Source: a virus
Virus record (IMG/VR): IMGVR_UViG_3300023234_000140
Strand: one strand, 5' to 3'
Length of the DNA stretch: 25,861 bases
In this document: positions 8,630-16,535 of the stretch, one piece after another
How positions within the stretch are numbered: the first letter of the stretch is position 1
How the letters are laid out: the number at the start of each line of letters is the position of its first letter
Notes under the pieces: model-generated
Told to the model about the DNA's origin: nothing
What the model saw: only the letters and a program-made list of their open reading frames with translations
Databases searched by the model: none
Made by a program: the position numbers and the translations under genes

Positions 8630-8758
8630 ATGACAATCTATAAATCACATAAGATTTTGAATGCAAGAAATACTGCTGCAAGATTTAGGAAAATGGGCTA
8701 CAATGTTTCAATTCATAAACTTAAGAAAGGGTATGCAATTTATGTTAAAAGAAAATAA
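8630..8758 (+). CDS. Small basic protein (42 aa, MTIYKSHKILNARNTAARFRKMGYNVSIHKLKKGYAIYVKRK)
   Basis: AAGGAGGT RBS; manual translation. Confidence 0.65.
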   Translation: MTIYKSHKILNARNTAARFRKMGYNVSIHKLKKGYAIYVKRK

Positions 8759-8786
8759 AAAATGTTCCTTTAGTTTTTAGTGTCTG

Positions 8787-8813
8787 GTTCCCCAACAATT
8801 AGAGTTGGGGAAC
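8787..8813. terminator. Perfect 10-bp hairpin between convergent operons
   Basis: GTTCCCCAAC-aattaga-GTTGGGGAAC lies between the stop at 8758 (+) and the stop at 8821 (-). Confidence 0.7.
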
Positions 8814-8820
8814 TTTATTT

Positions 8821-9120
8821 TTATTGTTTTCTAAAAGTTGCTGATTCCAAAACAGTTAATCTTTCTAAAATACTATTAATTACTTGTTCTAGTGTTGGTT
8901 GTGCAGGTTCTGCAACTGGTGCAACCACAGGTGCTGGTGCAATAGGTGCAACTGGTGCTGCAACTGGTTCAGTTCCTGGAATTTGTTGTTCTTCTGTATA
9001 TCTTGCCATATTTTTACCTCCTTTTATTCTGTTTTTAAATAATTCCCAAATTAAATAACCAAATATTCCTAGGAAACCTAAGATTATTCCGTAAGTAGCA
9101 ACTGTGTGATACCATACCAT
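8821..9120 (-). CDS. Protein with N-terminal TM, Pro/Ala-rich linker and C-terminal helix (99 aa; second start likely at 9009)
   Basis: ORF track; internal GGAGGT-N6-ATG in frame. Confidence 0.65.
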   Translation of the reverse strand: MVWYHTVATYGIILGFLGIFGYLIWELFKNRIKGGKNMARYTEEQQIPGTEPVAAPVAPIAPAPVVAPVAEPAQPTLEQVINSILERLTVLESATFRKQ

Positions 9121-9121
9121 C

Positions 9122-9322
9122 TTATTTCAATAACTCCCTAATTTTAGCACAAGTTGGACATTCTTTTTCAGGAGCATCAACTATTTGTTTAGGTGTTTCG
9201 GAAATCTTATCAAGATTACCTTCGTCCATATATTGTTCCTTGCAATTATCCATGAATTCTTTCATTCCCATTATTTTTTCCTCCCTTTTGTTTTTAAAGT
9301 CATCATTTTCTTTCCCCTTCAA
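9122..9322 (-). CDS. Small protein with a C-terminal CPTC motif (66 aa)
   Basis: ORF track; tightly packed in the operon. Confidence 0.6.
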   Translation of the reverse strand: MKGKENDDFKNKREEKIMGMKEFMDNCKEQYMDEGNLDKISETPKQIVDAPEKECPTCAKIRELLK

Positions 9323-9644
9323 GAAATTCTTCTAATTGTTTCAATAATCTTTTTCTTTTAGGTAGTGCATAGAATAATTGTGTTGCTGGTTGAAATCCTG
9401 AAATAATAAATAATGCAATACCAAAGAATTGCAATTCTACCATTCCTGTTAATATTCCTAGCAAATATATTGCAAGACCACAACTCCAGGTCATCCAAAA
9501 TGTAATCTTCCCTGCTTCATGGACCCATTCATGTGTTTTTTCATGGTATTTAATCATGGCCTTAGACCATCTTTCATTCCTAATCATTTCATCCCTAGCT
9601 GCCATTATACTATTCTTTAAAAGTTCTAATTTTGGTTCTCTCAT
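9303..9644 (-). CDS. Two-TM membrane protein (113 aa)
   Basis: Hydrophobic hairpin; overlaps neighbouring ORFs. Confidence 0.7.
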   Translation of the reverse strand: MREPKLELLKNSIMAARDEMIRNERWSKAMIKYHEKTHEWVHEAGKITFWMTWSCGLAIYLLGILTGMVELQFFGIALFIISGFQPATQLFYALPKRKRLLKQLEEFLEGERK

Positions 9645-10000
9645 TTTTCAATTACCTTCCCATAAGTTATTTTCATTCTAAATAAAAATACTATTAATAC
9701 ATAAATCGTTGTAAGTGCAACAATAAAGTCAGCACCTTGAATCATTGTCATAACTGAAACTCCATAATCTCCATCACTCATAATATACCCTGCAATCCCA
9801 AAGATATAGGTTAAGATGAATTTAAGGAACATGAACTCTAACCAAGTCCAGAATAATGCACTTACCATTGAAACTCCCCTAGTAAATGAATCTTTTGCAT
9901 CACCAAAGAAGATCGGGCCCATTCTCTTTCCAAGTTCTCCAATATTATTAAAGAATGTTTCTATTTTCCTGATCTGTCTCTTTGTTAATTTTCTACTCAT
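9641..10000 (-). CDS. Membrane protein (119 aa)
   Basis: Two or three hydrophobic segments; ATGA overlaps. Confidence 0.7.
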   Translation of the reverse strand: MSRKLTKRQIRKIETFFNNIGELGKRMGPIFFGDAKDSFTRGVSMVSALFWTWLEFMFLKFILTYIFGIAGYIMSDGDYGVSVMTMIQGADFIVALTTIYVLIVFLFRMKITYGKVIEK

Positions 10001-10146
10001 TTTTTTCTAACCTCCCTAATTAGAACATCACCATCTTGATTGAAACCTATAATTAAATCTTGACCTTTCTCCCATTCTTTATTCTCTACAATATTCTTAG
10101 GAAAAGTAATAAAATATCTTCCTTTTGACTCCTGTAACCTAACCAT
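9997..10146 (-). CDS. AbrB/SpoVT-like (swapped-hairpin) transcription regulator (49 aa, MVRLQESKGRYFITFPKNIVENKEWEKGQDLIIGFNQDGDVLIREVRKK)
   Basis: Not in the ORF track. The pattern Y-x-IT-x-PK-x-I...W-x-KG-x-x-L...DG-x-V-x-IR matches AbrB-type proteins; it is the first gene after a TATA box. Confidence 0.7.
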   Translation of the reverse strand: MVRLQESKGRYFITFPKNIVENKEWEKGQDLIIGFNQDGDVLIREVRKK

Positions 10147-10167
10147 ATCTATACCATAACAAAACTA

Positions 10168-10701
10168 CTATTTAAATATATGTATTTTTGGGGGTTGCTT
10201 AGGGAGGTGCTTTCTTTTCTTCTGGACCTTATTCTTAGAACCTTTTTTCCTACCAAGGTATTTTCCTTCCTCTAACTTAGCTCTAGCAACTCCTACCCTA
10301 ATCTTCTGAACTAAATTTTCAACATAGAAGCAGTTCATAGACAATTTGATTCTAAACATGAACCTTCCATTAGGACTATTCAAATCTACATTTTCTGATA
10401 TAGATTTTAGAGTGATCCCATTGTCAATTATAAAACTCTCTAATTCAACACCATCTTTAAAGTTCCTGGTCAATCTGTCAGTGTCCTGGACAATTAAAAC
10501 ATAGTCAGGGTGATCTCTCAAGCAATTAAGCATATTCTGGTAACCTTTCCTTTCAGATTCCTTGCCAGTTTGCTCATCTGTGTAGTACCTTACCACATCA
10601 TAATTCTCTCTTTGTGCCCACTTCTTACAGTAATCCACTTGTTGTTTGACATTTTGTTTCTCTTTATTAGTGGAAATCCTCGCATAAATTATTGCTTTCA
10701 T
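10168..10701 (-). CDS. Small serine recombinase (resolvase/invertase family), catalytic domain only (177 aa)
   Basis: YARIST catalytic motif, DEQTGKESERKGYQNML, DRLTRN motif, and helix E ending in GRKKG. Confidence 0.92.
   Translation of the reverse strand: MKAIIYARISTNKEKQNVKQQVDYCKKWAQRENYDVVRYYTDEQTGKESERKGYQNMLNCLRDHPDYVLIVQDTDRLTRNFKDGVELESFIIDNGITLKSISENVDLNSPNGRFMFRIKLSMNCFYVENLVQKIRVGVARAKLEEGKYLGRKKGSKNKVQKKRKHLPKQPPKIHIFK
10170..10181 (-). promoter_or_regulatory. TATA-type promoter ATATATTTAAAT for the AbrB-like operon
   Basis: Starts 35 nt upstream of ATG 10146; the same 12-mer occurs on + at 18901-18912. Confidence 0.55.
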
Positions 10702-10844
10702 CCTAGAAATTTCTCCAGAGGACAGAACTCTTTACAACATTTCTTTTTCCTAATTCTTTTTTTCCCACTTTGTTTCTTACTTCTAATGTCCTCATTACCC
10801 AGGTGGGTGCAGAACATACCATGACTTTGGAACTTACATTTCAT
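10698..10844 (-). CDS. Cys/Lys-rich microprotein (48 aa, MKCKFQSHGMFCTHLG...KKKCCKEFCPLEKFLG)
   Basis: Manual translation; ATGA overlap with the recombinase start. Confidence 0.5.
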   Translation of the reverse strand: MKCKFQSHGMFCTHLGNEDIRSKKQSGKKRIRKKKCCKEFCPLEKFLG

Positions 10845-10989
10845 CATAATGCTCCTTACATAATTTTTCATGATTCTTCCTGGCCCAATCTACTTTGTAA
10901 TTTCTTTTACAATATTTACAAATGAACCTTGTAATCATTCCTGGTTTTTTCTTTGGACTTTTGTTCCAAGATTGTCCTCCAAATTTCAT
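10834..10989 (-). CDS. Zinc-finger microprotein (51 aa, ...FICKYCKRNYKVDWARKNHEKLC...)
   Basis: C-x2-C-x12-H-x3-C spacing; ATGA overlap with the upstream ORF. Confidence 0.6.
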   Translation of the reverse strand: MKFGGQSWNKSPKKKPGMITRFICKYCKRNYKVDWARKNHEKLCKEHYDEM

Positions 10990-11225
10990 TCTTCAAACTC
11001 CGTTGGTGCTACATTAATTACAAAAGTTGAATCGGGTATTGTATAGGAGGCATCTTCAAAACATTTTTCCAGGTGTTGATTTAATTCAACACAAACTCCA
11101 CATGGATCAACCACTGCCCTATTAAAGTGGGTCAATTTCATCCCTATATATAGGAGACCCATCAAAAGCACCACTATTGTTAGGACAACCATAATCATTT
11201 GCATCTTTTCTTTTGTGTTCATCAT
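10986..11225 (-). CDS. Single-TM protein with a CxxC motif (79 aa)
   Basis: N-terminal hydrophobic helix followed by DPCGVCVE. Confidence 0.65.
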   Translation of the reverse strand: MMNTKEKMQMIMVVLTIVVLLMGLLYIGMKLTHFNRAVVDPCGVCVELNQHLEKCFEDASYTIPDSTFVINVAPTEFEE

Positions 11226-11265
11226 TTTTTTATTTTTTTTCCCCCCAAACCCTTTATTATTATAT

Positions 11266-12138
11266 TTAGTTTTTTATTTCTTTACTTTCATCATAATCCT
11301 TAGAGTATTTTGTGATAGTTGGCAAAGAAACCTGTATTATGTTTGCAAAGTCCTCTCTAGTCCACTTGACCCCCAATTCTGCACACTTTGCTCTTGCTCT
11401 GAAGTAAGCATCCCTTCTAAAATCCCTCTCTGTTCCTATGAAAGCATTACCAATAGTCATAATTGCATGGTCCTTGTTCTTTTCATACGCTTCCAAGTCA
11501 AATTGACTAAGAACATTATATTTATAGGTTGGATTCAATACATCAGGGAAAGTTCCCATATCTCTGGGGGAACTATGCTTGTGGTAGTTCCTTTGATGTC
11601 TTCTTCTCCAATCTTGCCACAACTTCTCCAAGTTTCTCTTTCTAATATACTTATATCTTCCAGCATACTTTCCTCCTTTAGAATAAACATGAATCATTCC
11701 TAAAGGTCTTTGCCATACAATGTATTCACTAAATTTATTGAAGTAAGCAAGGTTAATCATTATGAAGTGTCTCTTCTTCCTCGCCATCATCAACAATCTC
11801 TCCAAGTTCTTCACCATCTTAGTTAAAGAATCCTTAGACAATGCTTGAAGTGCTGGTTCATCCCACACAGCAATCTGATCCTCTGTTGATTGAAGAAATT
11901 GAATCATCTTTTCCAAATCAAAGAACACATTCTTCTCACCAAAAGGTCTACCTAATACTCCGGCAGCATAAAAACCAACTCCGATTGAAAATGTTGTCTT
12001 ACCTTCTCCTTCTGCTCCTTCAAATAAAAGAACTGCATCTCTCTTTGGATTCTTTTGAATACATCTTCTTAACATCCCATCTATTCTTCCTTTCAATCTA
12101 TTGTCTAGGGGAAACCCAAAAGGTTCTACTCTTACCAT
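11266..12138 (-). CDS. P-loop ATPase of Zot/pI-like type (virus assembly/extrusion) with a possible C-terminal HTH (290 aa)
   Basis: Walker A GAEGEGKTT, Walker B IAVWDE, downstream MARKKRHFIMIN strand; C-terminal WTREDFANIIQVSLPTITKY. Confidence 0.8.
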   Translation of the reverse strand: MVRVEPFGFPLDNRLKGRIDGMLRRCIQKNPKRDAVLLFEGAEGEGKTTFSIGVGFYAAGVLGRPFGEKNVFFDLEKMIQFLQSTEDQIAVWDEPALQALSKDSLTKMVKNLERLLMMARKKRHFIMINLAYFNKFSEYIVWQRPLGMIHVYSKGGKYAGRYKYIRKRNLEKLWQDWRRRHQRNYHKHSSPRDMGTFPDVLNPTYKYNVLSQFDLEAYEKNKDHAIMTIGNAFIGTERDFRRDAYFRARAKCAELGVKWTREDFANIIQVSLPTITKYSKDYDESKEIKN

Positions 12139-12548
12139 TAGTATTCATCATCCTCTGCTGGTTTACTTCCAAAGATATCATAATATTTCATCTTGCTCAA
12201 CAACCACATATTAATTTTCTTTAAACAAGTATAAATTTTATTAGATTCAATGTTCTCATTTCTATAAGCAGCAGGGTTTGCATTTATTTCCGTATTTAAT
12301 TCTTGCAACATACTTTGGTAATAATCTTTCTCTGTTGTTTTGTCATCATCTTCTTTTCCATTAAGGTGCATAGAAATGTCAATGTAAAGACCATCAAGTT
12401 CTTCAAACCAATTCTTATAATCTCTTTTCCCTCGGTAATCTGAAATCCTTTCCAAAGTTTCCTGAAGAATTTTAATATAACCTTGTCTTAAATCCCATGC
12501 AATATCGCTTGTGGGTGCTTCATCACCATAGTTTTTCTGCCATGCCAT
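12138..12548 (-). CDS. Helical hypothetical protein coupled to the ATPase gene (136 aa)
   Basis: Stop/start overlap with the ATPase; first gene of the leftward operon. Confidence 0.75.
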   Translation of the reverse strand: MAWQKNYGDEAPTSDIAWDLRQGYIKILQETLERISDYRGKRDYKNWFEELDGLYIDISMHLNGKEDDDKTTEKDYYQSMLQELNTEINANPAAYRNENIESNKIYTCLKKINMWLLSKMKYYDIFGSKPAEDDEY

Positions 12549-12567
12549 TTTCTCTTTAACATTAACA

Positions 12568-12609
12568 ATAACATAACATTTATATACTTTACGGATATGG
12601 TTATGTTAT
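12568..12609. promoter_or_regulatory. Divergent promoter region with a 10-bp inverted repeat flanking a TATA box
   Basis: ATAACATAAC (12568-12577) and GTTATGTTAT (12600-12609) surround TTTATATA (12579-12586). Confidence 0.5.
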
Positions 12610-12623
12610 GAAAGTGAGAGAGA

Positions 12624-12872
12624 GTGATGGGGCAACAAGAGGTAATCAAAGCAGTTGATGATTTAGGTTTCACTTCCCTTGAGGAATTGAAAGGTAGATT
12701 GGATTCAACAGAAGTGGTTATTCAAAGAGCACTAGGAAAATTAACTAAATGGAAAGAAATAGAAACAGTAACAATGACAAAGTGGCAAAGGAAAGTTTAT
12801 ATTTCAGAAGGATTTCTAATAAATATGCGGAGGGTAGTTCATGTCAGACAATCAAGATTGGGTAACGATTAA
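12624..12872 (+). CDS. Putative winged helix-turn-helix protein (82 aa)
   Basis: TSLEELKGRLDSTEVVIQRALGKLTKWKEIETV resembles a wHTH recognition helix and wing. Confidence 0.55.
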   Translation: MMGQQEVIKAVDDLGFTSLEELKGRLDSTEVVIQRALGKLTKWKEIETVTMTKWQRKVYISEGFLINMRRVVHVRQSRLGND

Positions 12873-13140
12873 TGCAATCCTAAAGAAAAAGAATGCGGTG
12901 GGAATTGAAAAACCTATTGCTGCAAGAATAGTTTGTAAATATCAATTCGCAGTTGCAATGTTTTCTGACAAAGCACTTGCAAAGAAGTTATCAAAAGCAG
13001 AAGCAAGATCAGGAAAAGATGTTAGGTATGATGAAGGATTAAATGTAATGGTTGAAAGGTTTCCAGAGAAATCAGCGAGGGAAGTTAGCGAAATAATTAC
13101 AAAACAAATGGAAGACAATGGGGGAACAATAAGTAAATGA
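12841..13140 (+). CDS. Hypothetical protein, possibly DNA-binding (99 aa)
   Basis: ORF track; GGAGGG RBS upstream. Confidence 0.65.
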   Translation: MSDNQDWVTINAILKKKNAVGIEKPIAARIVCKYQFAVAMFSDKALAKKLSKAEARSGKDVRYDEGLNVMVERFPEKSAREVSEIITKQMEDNGGTISK

Positions 13141-13415
13141 GTTTCTTAGACAAAGCACAGATTAATCTATACCAATTTTATAAGCTGGGAATGATTTGTT
13201 TTGGAGTTGTTGCAGTTGCATCTTCTTATTCCCTATATTCTAATTGGTTATTCTTAAACATTGGTGCAAGGATTTCTTCAATGGGAAGTATTACTTTTAA
13301 CATCTGTTTAATCTTATTCTTTAATTGGTTATACAATCAACTTCCAACTAAAGAACAAGCAAGTAATATGCCTGATGAAAAAGAGTTGAATAATTTTATG
13401 GAGAAATTAAAATGA
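13137..13415 (+). CDS. Two-TM membrane protein (92 aa)
   Basis: Two hydrophobic segments; ATGA overlaps. Confidence 0.7.
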   Translation: MSFLDKAQINLYQFYKLGMICFGVVAVASSYSLYSNWLFLNIGARISSMGSITFNICLILFFNWLYNQLPTKEQASNMPDEKELNNFMEKLK

Positions 13416-13534
13416 ACATGATGTGGGGAGGAATTATATTTCTAATAATAATTTTTGCTTGGGCATATAATTCTACCAATAAAGAAAAAGAACTTGACAA
13501 ACAAATAGAAGAAGAAGTAGTTGAAGAACATTAA
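13412..13534 (+). CDS. Single-TM microprotein with acidic tail (40 aa, MNMMWGGIIFLIIIFAWAYN...EEEVVEEH)
   Basis: Manual translation; ATGA overlap, GGAG RBS. Confidence 0.55.
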   Translation: MNMMWGGIIFLIIIFAWAYNSTNKEKELDKQIEEEVVEEH

Positions 13535-13543
13535 ATATAAAAA
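13527..13543 (+). promoter_or_regulatory. Promoter motif AACATTAAATATAAAAA, copy 2
   Basis: 39 nt before ATG 13566. Confidence 0.7.
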
Positions 13544-13565
13544 TAACTTAATCTAATAACTTCTT

Positions 13566-15284
13566 ATGAGTTGGTGGAGTAAAGCAAAGAGTTATGTTTC
13601 TAGTAAAATTAGTAGGAAGAAAACTGTTGTAAAACAATCCGTTGTGTCCGCTCCAACTCGGTCTGTTAAAGTTACTGATTATGTTGGTGGAGGTTCTAAA
13701 ACAACTTCAAGTTATACTCCTGGAACAACTACTCGTGCAACTGGTGGAGGAAGTTCTGGTGGAGGTGGAAGTTCTGCACCAGTTCAACTAGACATTGAAC
13801 CCCAAGGAATTAGTCCAGAACAAGGAGAACAATATAGGGAAGAAGAACAAGACCTTTACAAAAGAACAGGTTATCAAGGAGGAATCTCATATAATGTTCC
13901 TGCAACAGGTGGAAAAATAACTGCAGAAAATATTCAAGAAGCTAAACAAAACTCTGCATATTTAGTTCCTACAGATAGGGAGGGAAGAAAACAACTTCAG
14001 GCCTATGAACAACAACAACTACAACCTTCTCCACAAGAACAATTAAACAGAAAAGTTAAAAGATACAAAGAAGGAGAGTTTTACAAATCAGATTTTTTAG
14101 TTCCTTCCAAATCAGGAGGAAACTTTTCTTGGGGTGAATTTGCAAAAACAGGTAACCTTCCTTATAGTCCAATACATTCTGCAATAAAAACTTCAATGAC
14201 CTTTGGAGAAATTATTAGTGCAAAGACAGGTTTCTCTGACAAAATTAAAGGAACTTGGATGGGAACTCCTGTCTCTGGAGATAAACAAGTAAAATTCTAT
14301 GGGGATGTTTCAACAGGAGTTTTCTTTGGTCCTGCAATGCAAACAGGAACATTAAGTAAACAACTTCAAAAAACATTAAGTAAAAATCAATTTGAAAAGT
14401 TAGAAGAGTTTTATGGGGGGGTTGAACGAGAAGTTGTAAAGAAAGGAACTACAGTTGAACAATTAAAAGTTATTCAGAAAGTTCAAAAAGAATTTGGATT
14501 GTCTGATGATGCAACAAAAGGATTAATTAAATCTTTGAAAAACAAGGGAATAATAAAAGAACCAGTTCTTAAATTATTTACAGATAGTAGTGGGAAATTA
14601 ATAATTGAAACCCCAAGAGTATTACCTCCAAAACCTAAATTAGAAATAACTGGAATAATTGATATACAATTACCTCAAACAATGAAAGGTGCAGGTTTAA
14701 TCACTGGAGGAATGAATCCTCCAAAAATATTGGACCAAAAACTAAAGAATCCAAAACAAAAAGTTCAATTAGAAACACAACAAAAAATAAAGTTAGATCA
14801 TCAAATGAAAGTTTATGGGAATTGGATAATTGGTCAGAAACCTTTAATCTATAGTGATATAAAAAGTGGAACTAAATTAAAAACTCCAACAAGAGTTGCA
14901 GTTGCACCCCCCAAAACAATTCCCGACATGAAAATACCAACTCCCCAGATTATGAAAACACCAAGTCCTACAAGACCAAACAATATAAGACCTTATACTC
15001 CAAGACCAACTAATCCTGGTAAATTTTTAATTCCATTTATTCCTAGGTTAAGATTGGACCTTCCAAGATCAAGATCAGGAAGATACCAAACTTCAAGTAG
15101 AATTTTTGGATATACTCCTTCTTTTACTGCATTAAAATTAGGAATCACTGGAGAAAAAACTAAGAAAGGAAAGTTAGGTTACACTGGTTTTGAAGTTAGA
15201 AACATTATTAAACCTAAAACAACTAAGAAAACAACTAAGAAAAAGAGAGTGAGTAAAAAAAAGGTAAGTAAGAAAAAAAAGTAA
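13566..15284 (+). CDS. Large basic low-complexity protein, probably internal virion or DNA-associated (572 aa)
   Basis: Ser/Gly/Thr-rich N-terminus, Pro-rich C-terminal third, Lys-rich tail KTTKKTTKKKRVSKKKVSKKKK; no signal peptide. Confidence 0.75.
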   Translation: MSWWSKAKSYVSSKISRKKTVVKQSVVSAPTRSVKVTDYVGGGSKTTSSYTPGTTTRATGGGSSGGGGSSAPVQLDIEPQGISPEQGEQYREEEQDLYKRTGYQGGISYNVPATGGKITAENIQEAKQNSAYLVPTDREGRKQLQAYEQQQLQPSPQEQLNRKVKRYKEGEFYKSDFLVPSKSGGNFSWGEFAKTGNLPYSPIHSAIKTSMTFGEIISAKTGFSDKIKGTWMGTPVSGDKQVKFYGDVSTGVFFGPAMQTGTLSKQLQKTLSKNQFEKLEEFYGGVEREVVKKGTTVEQLKVIQKVQKEFGLSDDATKGLIKSLKNKGIIKEPVLKLFTDSSGKLIIETPRVLPPKPKLEITGIIDIQLPQTMKGAGLITGGMNPPKILDQKLKNPKQKVQLETQQKIKLDHQMKVYGNWIIGQKPLIYSDIKSGTKLKTPTRVAVAPPKTIPDMKIPTPQIMKTPSPTRPNNIRPYTPRPTNPGKFLIPFIPRLRLDLPRSRSGRYQTSSRIFGYTPSFTALKLGITGEKTKKGKLGYTGFEVRNIIKPKTTKKTTKKKRVSKKKVSKKKK

Positions 15285-15299
15285 GACACTTAAACTAAA

Positions 15300-15818
15300 A
15301 TGGAAGAATATGAAAACCAAGCACCAGGAATGGGAATGCCCTTTGGTGCGGATAAAGCGAGTATTATAGAAAAGATTGACCCAGAGGAAATAGTAGAACT
15401 TTTAAGAAAAAGATTGATGGGTATGGCACCCAATCCAAAAACTGGTGAATGGGAAACCAATCCTATTCTAAAGGACAATGCTATTTCAGAAATTGGTGCC
15501 TGGGATTTATCAAACCTACTTCTTTCAATCTCTAATCAAAATACTTCTCTTTCAAAACTTGATGACAAAACAATTAGATTAAGGGCCTATGCAATTACTG
15601 AAACTGGTGTGAAGATGATGATTAGTAATTGGGATGAATACAAAATAACAAACAGATCACAAATTAATTTTGTTGCAGACATTCTTTATTCAATAACATT
15701 AATCACATTAAAGATGGCAGACAAGGAAGGAATAAGGAAGATGATTATGGGAATGTATAGCGAGAGTAGAAATATTAGTGAACACAGTGAACCCAAAAGG
15801 AGTTTCTTTAGAAAATGA
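15300..15818 (+). CDS. Hypothetical protein, likely involved in morphogenesis (172 aa)
   Basis: ORF track; position in the structural operon. Confidence 0.75.
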   Translation: MEEYENQAPGMGMPFGADKASIIEKIDPEEIVELLRKRLMGMAPNPKTGEWETNPILKDNAISEIGAWDLSNLLLSISNQNTSLSKLDDKTIRLRAYAITETGVKMMISNWDEYKITNRSQINFVADILYSITLITLKMADKEGIRKMIMGMYSESRNISEHSEPKRSFFRK

Positions 15819-15833
15819 CAAGGGAGGTGAACA

Positions 15834-16499
15834 ATGACATTTGATTTAGGAGGTTTAGGTGCGACCGCAGCAGGATGGGGAACCAGCATTATAACTTGGG
15901 TAATTATTTTAGTTATAATCTTTGGAGTTTTTATTGGTGCTCTTATGTTTAGGAAGGCAAGAAAATACCAGTATCCATGTATAGAAATCATTGGTCTTGG
16001 TCAAGGAAAGGTTAGTATTATTAACACCAAAGCAGGTTGGTTCAAGAAGAGAAGTATGTTCTTTGGATTAATTGAAGCAGGTGGAGAACAAGAACTTAAA
16101 TGTAAAGATGGAAATAGAAAAATCTTTGATGCTTCCTCGGTAGATTACCATGAGATTAATAACAAGAGGGGAATTATTTGTAAGAGAAAAGATGATGATC
16201 CAGATGTTTTAGTTCCATTAAGTCATGTAGAAGTTCAGGGATTACATTTATTGGTAAGGATTGCACCAGCAGATTATAGAGATGCAGCAGTGGATATTCT
16301 TGAAAGTAAAAGAAAAGAAACCATGAGTTGGTTGGAGAAGAATGCTCCACTACTTATTGGAATCACAATCTTTGTGTTCGGAATAGTTGCTCTGATAATT
16401 ATATTTAACTTTGCAAAAGGAGAAAGTGCTGCTTGGAGAGAATTTGCAATAGCAGCAAGAAGTGGTGCACAAGTTGTGGCATCCACAGTTGCACCATAA
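15834..16499 (+). CDS. Membrane protein with N- and C-terminal TM helices around a soluble domain (221 aa)
   Basis: GGAGGTGA RBS; two hydrophobic segments. Confidence 0.8.
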   Translation: MTFDLGGLGATAAGWGTSIITWVIILVIIFGVFIGALMFRKARKYQYPCIEIIGLGQGKVSIINTKAGWFKKRSMFFGLIEAGGEQELKCKDGNRKIFDASSVDYHEINNKRGIICKRKDDDPDVLVPLSHVEVQGLHLLVRIAPADYRDAAVDILESKRKETMSWLEKNAPLLIGITIFVFGIVALIIIFNFAKGESAAWREFAIAARSGAQVVASTVAP

Positions 16500-16514
16500 C
16501 ATTAAATATAAAAA
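16498..16514 (+). promoter_or_regulatory. Promoter motif AACATTAAATATAAAAA, copy 3
   Basis: 38 nt before the in-frame ATG at 16536, which suggests that ATG is the true start. Confidence 0.65.
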
Positions 16515-16535
16515 ACAGATTCCATTATGACACCT

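Noticed and set aside
11266-12138. Terminase large subunit or head-tail virus assignment
   Set aside because: There is no nuclease domain, portal, HK97 capsid or tail-tube gene, and the ATPase length and motifs fit the Zot/pI-like type better.
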